64,000 nt of DNA from Octopus sinensis (lineage: Eukaryota). The stretch spans positions 58,528,001 through 58,592,000 of the forward strand of contig NC_043002.1 in assembly GCF_006345805.1 (NCBI RefSeq), written 5' to 3'. This document shows positions 53,817 to 64,000 of this stretch, piece after piece (positions within the stretch are counted from its first letter, which is position 1; each line of letters starts with the position of its first letter). The notes below the pieces were generated by a model. The model had not been told where the DNA came from. It was given only the letters and a program-made list of their open reading frames with translations, and ran no database searches. A program made the translations under genes and the position numbers.

Positions 53817-54279
53817 GAGTGATCAAATCATGGAATGCTAAGCAACAAGATGCAAACGTACTTTACAGGGTACATTGTAATTAGTCTTAGTGATGTATTT
53901 TCCACTAAAGTTCTCAAATATTCATATTAATTAAGATCTACGTTATTAAGTCTGTATGATGTGTGTCTATATGCAGAGAAAGAGAAAGAAAAAATGAGAG
54001 AGAGAGATAGAAAGTATTGGATAACCAGCTCTCACAGATGCTGAGTATTCGTACAAAGATAGGATAGATAGAATAAATCCTAAAGATAATTTAATTTTAT
54101 TGTATCTCAGTTCACTGAGATCTTCGTTGAAGTTAATATGTTGTTAATACGTAAAGGCGAGATGGTGAAGTCTGTGCGATAGAGGGAGATAATCGCGTTG
54201 TGTGAACGAAGAAGGAAAAAGATTTTTTTTTTCACTGAATTAGGAGACCTTTTGTAGTAAATAAAGAATGTCAGTAAGT

Positions 54280-54318
<39 letters not shown>

Positions 54319-54663
54319 AAGGGGAGAAATAAACGGATAGAGAAGGTGATGAGAGAAGAACGAGTGAGAGAGAGAGAGAGGAAGAGAGATAAGAGGAAAG
54401 AGAGACTAACTGACAGGAAGAAATAGAGTATGCTAGTAAGTGCTGACATCGTATAGTAAGAGAAAAATGGAGAAAGATAGATAGAGAGATAGAGAGAAGA
54501 AAAGAGAGAGGAAACAGATAGAGAGGCAAAAATGGAAGAAGAACGACTGAATGAATAAGAGGAGAAAGAAAAAGATGAAAAACGGAAATTTAGTGTGTGA
54601 GAAAAAAGGAGGGGAAGTGTGTATAAGTGTGTGCGAATATGAGAGATAGATAGATAGATAGAC

Positions 54664-54793
<130 letters not shown>

Positions 54794-55175
54794 AGAAGGA
54801 ATGTTTTACTTAGTTGATTAATATTTTGATTTAAGCAGACGAAAAGATTAGAAACTGTGGAAGATTGACACAAACAACGTGAAAAGTGTAGAATATACGT
54901 TTAAACTTTACGCACCCACACAGATATGATATGTACGTACGTACGTTTGTATGTATGTACGTACGTATGTATGTATGTATGTATGTATGTATGTATGTAT
55001 GTATGTATGTATGTATGTATGTATGTATGTATGTATATATGTATGTATGTATGATGTATGTATGTATGTATGCATGTATGTATGCATGTATGTATAAACT
55101 GATGTGTATAACAATGTTTTGTATATAAAAACGCGCAACGGCACCAGCTGTAATAAATTAATTTGAACACTTAAT

Positions 55176-55229
<54 letters not shown>

Positions 55230-55609
55230 ACACACATGTTGATGGATGGATGGATGGATGGATGGATGGATGGATGGATGGATGGATCTGCATGCAGTTC
55301 TTTACATAATGCATGTTTGTACTTTACCCTCATCTTGACTGGGAAACGACAGATATAAGAGATCCCTAATTTTAGATAGTCAGGGTCATTCAGGTTTTGT
55401 AGGGTTTCTTTGATTGATCTCAAAGCAGATACCTATCACCACCACCACCACCCATTAATAAGGAGCCTTGGCTGTTTGAAATTTCATGTTATTCTTTATT
55501 TTACAAGTTTTATACAAGCCCCGCATTATGCTGTACCTTTTCTTGTGTATTGTACCCCTTTTCTTTGAGCCCTTGTGGCTAATATAGACATTATCATTCG
55601 TACAATTAC

Positions 55610-55796
55610 TACTGGCAGAAGTGTTAGCACGCCGGACAAAATGCTAAGCAGTGTTTCATTCGTCTTCATGTTCTGATTTCAAATTCCACTGAGATAGACT
55701 TTGCCGATAAATCAAGTACCAGATACACACTGGGGTCGATGTTATTGACTAGTTCCCTCCCCACAAATCTCAGGCCTTCTGCCTAGAGTAGAATGG

Positions 55797-55856
<60 letters not shown>

Positions 55857-56460
55857 GTCTAAGTCGACGAACTGGCAGAATTGTTAGCGCGCCGGATGAA
55901 ATGCTTAACAGCATTTCGTCCGTCTTTGCGTTCTGAGTTCAAATTCCACCGAAGCTGACTTGGTCTTTAATCCTTTCGAGGTCGATGAAAAAAGTACCAG
56001 TTGAACACTAGAGCTTAATATAATTGACCCCCAACCCCTGAAGTTGCTGGCTTTGTGCCAAAATTTGAAATCATTATTATTTATTATTGTCTGAGGCGGC
56101 TACGAGCTGGCAGAAACGTTAGCACACCGGACGAAGTGCTTAGCGGTATTTCATCTGCCGTTACGTTCCGAGTTCAAATTCCGCCGAGGTCCACTTTGCC
56201 TTTCATCCTTTCAGGGTCGATAAATTAAGTACCAGTTACGCACTGGGGTTGATATAATCGACTTAATCCGTGTGTCTGTCCTTGTTTGTCCCCTCTATGT
56301 TTAGCCCCTTGTGGGTAGTAAAGAAGTAGGTATTTCCTCTGCCGTTACGTTCTGAGTTCAAATTCCGCCAATGCCGACTATACCTTTCATCTTTTCGGGG
56401 TCGATGTAATCGACTATCCCCCCACCCCCAAATTTCAGGCCTTGTGCCTTTAGGAGAAAG
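55610..56460 (+). mobile_element. Three tandem co-oriented SINE family A copies separated by (TTA)n
   Basis: Copies near 55610-55795, 55860-56075 and 56092-56460. Confidence 0.85.
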
Positions 56461-56524
56461 TATTATTACTATTATTGTTACTGTTGTTGTTGCTGCTGCT
56501 GCTGCCGGTGTTGTTGTTACTGGT

Positions 56525-56643
56525 ATTGTCGACCATATCACGTCGAGAAGACTGGTTGTCATCTGATGAGCGATGTGAAGCAACACCGTATCTAGTCTGT
56601 ACGTAAAATGGGTGAGCGCGTAGGAAACCTGGGTGCTGTAATC
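56525..56643 (+). pseudogene. Degenerate 5S rRNA copy (pseudogene or SINE3 head)
   Basis: CGACCATATCACGTCGAGAAGACTGGTT...AAGCAAC...GTAC...ATGGGTGAGCGCGTAGGAAACCTGGGTGCTGTA is collinear over about 119 nt with animal 5S rRNA, with many substitutions. No T-run terminator follows. Confidence 0.8.
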
Positions 56644-57139
56644 ACAGCTATTAAAAGGCAAACAGACGGATTATGAAGTATGTGAATCTGAGAATCGACG
56701 GGTGGGCGGTAAAGGATTAGTAATAACAATAATACTAATGGTTTGTATCAAATTTTTGGGTGTGTACATATAGTCGACCTAGGTCTTGTGATTGAATGTT
56801 GGCTGACGGAAACTAACGAAGTCCGCCGATGTAGTGCGGGTGGCCTTATGGATAGCGAGTTATGACACAATTATCAACTTAACCCAGTTCACCAAATTGT
56901 GAAAATAGTTATAGAGCTGAATTAATTTTGTGGGGAAATAATAAACTCCAAGAGGAAATGGACAGCAAATGAACCCGGTATTATGCTAGGAAAGACTTGT
57001 GTATTTGGTTATTTCCCCGGGGTGGCAGAAGTCAGAATTGAGTCATCTAGGCTATCCGCAGTCGGTTATGCTAACTCATTAAAAAAAAAATGAAGTGTTC
57101 TCTCGTTTCTATGCAGATTAGACGTGTAGAAGTTGTTAG

Positions 57140-57250
57140 TTCCAGACGCAGGAAAATCTGCGAGGTATGGATGTGGATCTGTTCAAAAAAACTTAAAGAC
57201 ATTTCTTTTTCTTATCTGAGATACCAAATGAACCCCGCCTTGACGAGAAA
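57140..57250 (+). pseudogene. Possible CR1-like LINE ORF2 C-terminal fragment
   Basis: ENLRGMDVDLFKK...FLSEIPNEP. Confidence 0.45.
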
Positions 57251-57645
57251 CAGGAATAAGGACAGCTTGGTCCAACTCATTCACTCACCATACTCAGACA
57301 CCGTGGGAGAGTTGTGGAAATTAAAAAAAAATTAAGCTAACAATCACAACGATGGCAGTGCTCTAGCATGGGCACTGCTTCTTAGAGAAAAGAGGCAGAA
57401 TGGTCACCCACGACACTATCACCATGTAGAATGAGAAGAAGAGAGAAAGCGAGCGAAAGTCAGAGAATATTCGAACTCGGTAACAGACTGGTGCATTATC
57501 TATTGACATAGTCACAAAGTCAGGCATTCTGAGGGTGGGTGTTGAGTGTTATTAATCTGGTATTCCGTCGGTTACGACGACGAAGGTTCCAGTCGATCCG
57601 ATCAACGGAACAGCATGTTCGTAAAACTCCCCAGACACGCGTATC

Positions 57646-57870
57646 AATTATTTACATTATTTACATTATTTACATTTGACGGATATTTGTCTTCGTCTTC
57701 TTTGTTGTTAACACAACGTTTCGGCTGATATACCCGCCAACCTTCATCAGGAGGATATATCAGCCGAAACGTTGTGTTAGCAACAAAGAAGACGAGGACA
57801 AATATCCGTCAAATGTAAATGATGTAAATAATGTACACAATTCCTTACCTCTTAGATATAGAATTGCATT
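57646..57870. mobile_element. Second copy of the palindromic hammerhead-bearing element, inserted in a family D SINE tail
   Basis: Arms TTTACATTTGACGGATATTTGTC...AACACAACGTTTCGGCTGATATA / TATATCAGCCGAAACGTTGTGTT...GACAAATATCCGTCAAATGTAAA; direct repeat ACGCGTATC at 57637-57645 and 57871-57879. Confidence 0.8.
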
Positions 57871-58136
57871 ACGCGTATCGATATCGTTCTCAGGGAGATT
57901 CGGCATGACACAGAACGTAACCAAGGTTAGCCCATTGAATTACAGGTACTCTTTATTCTTTACTCTTTTACTTGTTCCACTCATTTGACTGCGGCCATGC
58001 TGGAGCACCGGGACTTATTCTTTGTAAGCCTAGCAGTTATTCTACCGATCTCTTTTGTCGAACCGCTAGGTTACGGGGATGTAAACATACCAGCATCGGT
58101 TGTCAAGCGATGTCGAGGGGGACAAAAGAGACATAT

Positions 58137-58183
<47 letters not shown>

Positions 58184-58577
58184 CTAGCAGTATCGCCCGG
58201 CGTTGCTCGGTTTGTAAGGGAAATAACTATATAAGCATTTTTAGAGAGTTATAGCCAAAAAATAGCAAAAAAATGCATTAAAAATTGAAAAAAAATTAAG
58301 GTAAATTTTTTTTAAATCGTTGACACATCGTAGGTATTTTTAGAGAGTTACTTCCCTTAAATAAAAGCGAAAAAAATGCATTAAAATGGAAAAATATGAT
58401 GGTAAATTTTTTTAAAATCGTAAACTCATCGTAGACGCGCGCTAATACCCAGAAGGGCTCGATATGAATCACGACTATAAGATACCCGGTTTTGGTTAAA
58501 CTGCACCGCAAAATGTGGGAGTAGTTACGAATCTAAATCGTAGGAGACAGACACACAACTTCACTCTTATATAAAGA
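58184..58577 (-). mobile_element. Non-autonomous Helitron
   Basis: The minus strand reads A|TCTTTATATAAGAGTGAAGTTGTGTGTCTG ... CCGAGCAACGCCGGGCG hairpin, ATACTG-CTAG|T. It contains an internal ~100-bp duplication. Confidence 0.85.
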
Positions 58578-59348
58578 TGCTTTTTTTTCAGTCATAGAGT
58601 TAGATTTATGAAGGTCTTCAGTAGAAAATCCTTCGAATTCTGACTCGCTGCTTGATATAATGAAATTCGTATCCATTTTTTGTCAGAATTACAATTTTGA
58701 AAACACAATAGGAACAATTTCGGAAAAAAATCTCCCATAATTCACGGAATTAAAATTACACTTCGATTTTTGTACAAAACTGTATTTGAAGTGTTTACGA
58801 AGTATAATACGTGTTTTCACGAATGTACTAAAGAGATTTACTCTGATATTCTCATTTAAATATGAATAGGTAATTCGGGCGGTTTGGTAACGAAAGGGTT
58901 TATATAAGTGTCGTCTGTTTATACATAAACACTGTTTCATACTTTCAGTTTAGTCTTCCTCAAATCACTCTGTCGCTATTTACTCTCTTCCAAGAACATT
59001 TTCACTCACTCTTATCTGTTAGCTTGCCATACATTTTACTCATGTATCTATCAGCGTGATAGACAGAAACAAATATTACATCTAGTTTCACTTTATTCGT
59101 TGCCCACTGTGTGTGTGCGTTTGCGTGTGCTGTAAACCAGACTAAGAAAAGCATTTGACATACACACCAGAATGTGAGTTTTCTGTAAATTTTGCTTAAT
59201 TGGAGTTTAAATTTTAAAAACTGGACCTGGCAAAACCCGATGCATTCTACTCTTAAAAATGCTAGGTAAATTGTAATTGAAGAAATCCTATATTGTAGAT
59301 TTCTATAACTGACAAAGGGAGGCAGATAAAATCTGCCTTTTATAATAG

Positions 59349-59349
<1 letters not shown>
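58578..59349 (-). mobile_element. Second Helitron-type 5' module
   Basis: Begins A|TCTATTATAAAAGGCAGATTTTATCTGCCT and has no CTAG 3' end of its own. Confidence 0.6.
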
Positions 59350-59389
<40 letters not shown>

Positions 59390-59864
59390 CGACGGGCTTC
59401 TTTCAGTTTCCGTCTACCAAATCCACTCACAAGGCTTTGGTCGGCCCGAGGCTATGGTAGGAGACACTTGCCCAAGGTGCCACGCAGTGGGACTGAACCT
59501 GGAACCATGTGGTTGGTAAGCAAGCTATTTACCACACAGCCACTCCTGTGCCTATACTACTCATTTTTTTTTTGCCAGCTGAATGGACTAGAGCAACTTG
59601 AAATAAAGTGACTTGCTCAAAGAAACTTCTTAGTACACGCCGAAACTTCTTACCACACAGCCACGCCTGCACCATATAAGATATTTTCATTCCTTCACTT
59701 TGATTAACGATGTCCTCTACTGATATTTGATGGTTGTAATCTGTACAATTTCACTGCAGCTGTATTTGCCGCAGAAACCAACGTTTTTTCGTGCAAGAGA
59801 TAGAGAGATAAACTGGCAGAAAAACAAACAGAAGGACGGCCAGGCAGACAGAAGGACGGCTAGG

Positions 59865-59895
<31 letters not shown>

Positions 59896-60320
59896 GTACA
59901 TACATACATACATACATACATACATACATACATACATACATACATACATACATACATACATGCAGATAATGATAGAAATGTAGACAGAGAAATAGAGAGA
60001 TATGTAGATGGATAGATAGAGAGAAATAAAGATAGAAGTAGAACGCCAGATTGAAAGACGAATATATATATAGTAGAAATATGTTACAAAAAGAAGATAT
60101 AAAATACACGTGGAAATGTAAGGGTAAAATATGAAAAATCAACGAAGATGCACATTGCAAATAAAAAAAGGGCTATTTATGACAGGTAACGACAAATATA
60201 TACATTTAGATTGACTTAGGTAGTAATAAGAGTCATAAAAGTCATTATTATGAGATGATTATAAGATGATAATAAAGTAAGAGAACAAAGCGAACCATGG
60301 TTTACGTAAAGCTATTCATC

Positions 60321-60363
<43 letters not shown>

Positions 60364-61765
60364 TAATTATATGTAAACGTAAGATCCAAGGATCCAGGTG
60401 TAGGAAGTTAGTAAGTCCGGATCAGTCTGGGGAAGATATAAACGAAAAATAACTTTTAGAAACAATTGTTGGTGGAGAGGATTGCAAATTTTAGCCATAT
60501 GGAAGTTCGGTCAGCTGATTAAGTTGTTTTATAGTGCACGGTTAGTAACTGGGGTTGCTCTGCATGCGAATGAAAATCCAAATTGAGGGAATAGAGCAGG
60601 TGAAATCCAAGCTACGTATGTTTCGTAATTAGCAGGACCTCGGAAGTAATAACTATTCAACGAGGGGTACTTCACTAGCTACTCACCAGGCCGAATATAC
60701 CTTGGTTAAATGAAGGTTACATTGTCGTCAAGGGATCCCAAGTGAACAGAAAGAAAGAAAGATATATATATATATATATATATAATATATATATATATAT
60801 ACGACGGGCTTCCATGCAGTTTTTGTCTGTCAAATTCACTCATAAGGCATTGGTCGGCATGAGACTATGGTACGAAAAACTTGCCCCAAAGTTCTGCGCA
60901 TTGTGACTGAACACATATCCACGTAGTTGCAAGGTGGGCTTCTTAAATCGCAGGGCCAAATAATGGGAAAATGCTAAAAAGCAAAAATAAATAAATAAAT
61001 AGTTTGCTTATCAAATTAGGGGCTAGGGCACGAGAGTATAAGAAACTGGCGTTTAATTATGTAGCAAGGCTTTTGTCTAGTTTGGAACTATCATCCTTAG
61101 ATTACTAGTTAAGTACCACGGCCTAACAATATTTCCATAAAAGGCAAGAACTTCTACGAGAAATTAACTGTATTACCATAAAAAGCATGAGCGTCTAAGT
61201 AAACATGGTTCCATCAACCAGTATCAGTTGGTATGTAACATAATAAAACTGTGCCAAATTCCCAGCCAATAGTTTTGCAGAAGATTCTTGAAGCTTTTCT
61301 GAATGTTATAAAAACTTGGTATATTGAACTCCAAGCAGAACGACCTTTGATGCTACAAGAAACTCTATCACTCATTTCCATGATAGGTCTTCTAATTTTT
61401 CCTACTTGTTCTGCCTATGAACCATTATCGCATAATACAACCGTAAACTATTATCATACAGTTAACAAAATATTATTCCTACTCTCCACTGTGAAAACTT
61501 TAAATTATCACATACAAGATGTTTCTCAATTCAATTAATTCATTGTACTATAAGTGCGACCGTTTGAAGTAAAAATATGGAGACATTAATAATGTGAGCA
61601 TTCTCATTTTAATATGTACGTGGTCGCAAAGCGAACTTCATTTTACTCTCCTTTTCTTCCTTTTTTTTTTTCTTTTTTCACTCGAGTACCGTGATACCCT
61701 TCAATTTTGGCGCTGATTATTTGTTTTATAATAAATTTCCTTCATTATAAATTAGTAAATACGAC

Positions 61766-62175
61766 GGATCTTTTCGGTATGAACGGCAGTTTTTTCTAGC
61801 GGTGTCATATGAAATTGTCACCCAATAATTATGTCCCTAGAATCGATCTATTGCATTTCAATCTCTTTTAGGGTTAGGGGTGGGGAAAAGGTATCTTTTT
61901 TTCTTCACAAATGTAAATAAACCCAATCTGTTTCTTAAACGAGGGACATATTCATATGGCACAGAATGCTTTTTAACTCAATAGACGTCACTGATTGGTT
62001 GAAATTGCAGAAATTGAAGAAAAAAACAACAAATATCTTACAAACTATAGAATTTTCTCAATAAAGCCAAGAGAAAAAGATGTTTTATAAACACATTCTG
62101 CCAGTATACGAAGTTTAAAATTTTTTAGTTACCTAGAAATTATGTTAAAAACTGCCGTTCAAACCGAAAAGATCC
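61766..62175. mobile_element. MITE with 8-bp TSD (Merlin-like)
   Basis: TIRs GGATCTTTTCGGT(A/T)TGAACGGCAGTTTTT with one mismatch; perfect TSD AATACGAC at 61758-61765 and 62176-62183. Confidence 0.9.
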
Positions 62176-62619
62176 AATACGACAGCCAACTGTAATAGTT
62201 AGCCAAGGGCGGCAACGCTAACGGACAAGAATTATGTATGTCAAGACAAACGAAGTTAACAGAGTACATACAACAAAAAAAAAAAAAAAAGAAAATCAGG
62301 GAGGTGGCAGTGATGAATAGAAAAACAATAAGTCAAGAATAAAACAGAATTAAAAAAAATATATACGTCATTAAGTAAAGATGTTTAAGAACAAAATAAC
62401 AACAAAGAAAAGAAGAGAACAACAAATACAAGAAGAAGAGCAACGCAGTGGATGGCAGGTAACACAGACAAAACATAAGATGATAGACATACAGGTGAGA
62501 AGTAAGAAAAAAGGTGCGAAGAGGAGGTCGGAGTGGTGGAGGGATTTGGGTAGAAGGGTGGGGGTAGTGAGCGAAGAAAATGACAAGGAGGGACGAGGTT
62601 TTTCACACAATCCCTTATT

Positions 62620-62893
62620 ATTGGTGGTGGTATGTAGAGTAATAATAGTGGTAGCAGCAGCAGCAGTAGTATAATTTGTAATAGTAGTAGTAGTAGTCGT
62701 AGCAATAGTAGCAGCAGCACCTCTGACGTTGATGCTTTTGGTGGTGGTAGTAGTAACAGTAGTATTAGTAGTAGCAGTAGTAGCACCACCTCTGACGTTG
62801 ATGTTAGTGGTGGTGTCAGTAGTAGTAGTAGCAGTACCTCTGACGTTGATGTTAGTGGTGGTGGTAGTAGTAGTAGTAGTGGTGGTCGTCGTG

Positions 62894-62937
<44 letters not shown>

Positions 62938-63248
62938 TAGTCGTAGCAGCAGCAGTGGTAGTAGTAGTAATAGTAGTAGTAGTAGTAGTAGTTGTCGTAG
63001 CAGCAGTAGTGGTAGTAGTAGTAGTAGTAATAGTAGTAGTGACCACTGGTGGTGCTAAGAGTGGTAATAGGGAATAGAGCAAAAGAAATAGTAGTAGAGG
63101 TTGTTGTCGTGGTGGTGGTCTTAGTTGCTGGTGGCGATGTTAATGGTTGCGATGGTTGCTGTAGTAGTAGTCTTAGAAATAGTAGTGGTGGTGATGATGG
63201 TGACAGCGACGCATGTAGTAGTAGTAGTAGTAGTAATAGTAGTAGTAA

Positions 63249-63297
<49 letters not shown>

Positions 63298-63665
63298 CCT
63301 ATCAGCAGCAACAGTAGTATTGAATGTGGTGGTAGTGGTGGTGGTTGTGGTAATGATGAGAATAATCAAGGTGTTGTTGGTAAAAGTGGTTTGGGTGGTG
63401 GTGGTGGTAGTTATGTTTGCAGTGTTTGTGGTTGAGGTGCTAGTGGTTACGTTGGCGGAAGTTGCGGTTGTGGTGATGGTGGTATTAGTAGTAGTAGTTG
63501 TTGTGGTGGTGGTGGTGGTTTTGATTGTGGTTGTGGTGGTTGTTGTTGTTGTTGTTGTAGTGGTGGTGGTGGTAGTTGTGGTGTTTGTGGTGGTGTTTAT
63601 TGTTGTTGTTGTTGTGGTGGTGATGGTGGTAGTTGTGGTGGTAGTTGTGGTGGTGGTTGTGGGCT
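62620..63665. repeat. Long degenerate trinucleotide tract (GTA/GTG/GTT/GCA)
   Basis: About 1 kb of low-complexity triplets; the poly-V/S/T ORFs here are artefacts. Confidence 0.9.
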
Positions 63666-63928
63666 AGCTATAAAGGTTGATGATTGAGCAAAGTACTTAT
63701 GTCAGACTGTCAACATAGTTTACATAAAACTGACAACATTGAAAGTTTTTTTTAAAAAATGAAAAAAAAAAGAAAGAGAAAAGAAAAACAAAAAAAATTC
63801 AATTAACTTCCTATTCTCCAGTTTTTTGTTTTTTTAGTTTTAGGTTGGAAAGAAAATCCTGTCGCATTTTAAGATGGGAAAGAAACTTAAATTGGTATTG
63901 TAAATCAAGAAAATATTTCCACTCATTA

Positions 63929-64000
63929 AGAGCGGCGAGCTGGCAGAATCGTTAGCACACCGGGTGAAATGCTGAGCGGTATTTCGTCTGCCATTACGTT
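63929..64000 (+). mobile_element. SINE family A head (truncated by window edge)
   Basis: GCGGCGAGCTGGCAGAATCGTTAGCACACCGGGTGAAATGC... Confidence 0.85.

Larger units (their letters stand above)
57950..59552 (-). mobile_element. SINE family B split by an insertion in its central microsatellite
   Basis: The tail lies at 57950-58140 and the head at 59388-59552, in the same orientation and correct order. Confidence 0.8.

Noticed and set aside
56560-56585. CTGATGAG hammerhead-like core
   Set aside because: There is no stem II or GAAA partner; it is a mutated part of the 5S-like sequence.

Overview
This is eukaryotic, AT-rich DNA saturated with microsatellites and transposons. The SINE and repeat content resembles an octopus (cephalopod) genome; that is an inference, not confirmed by any search. 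Almost all ORFs in the supplied track are microsatellite read-through. The one host gene I can support is a minus-strand lethal(2) giant larvae (lgl/LLGL) homologue. Its first coding exon lies at 7508-7664, the gene continues off the left edge, and much of the window to the right is probably 5' intron or upstream sequence. RNA genes are an intact tRNA-Gly(GCC) and a decayed 5S rRNA copy. Mobile DNA includes at least four modular tRNA-derived SINE families, several RLE-type (R4/Dong-like) and CR1-like LINE relics, Tc1/mariner and Tigger relics, hAT-like and Merlin-like MITEs, and Helitron/Helentron elements. The most notable signal is a small palindromic element, flanked by target-site duplications (TSDs), that carries minimal hammerhead-ribozyme cores (two copies, Penelope/retrozyme-like). 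No CRISPR array or prokaryotic-type system is present. Boundaries of degenerate repeats are approximate.
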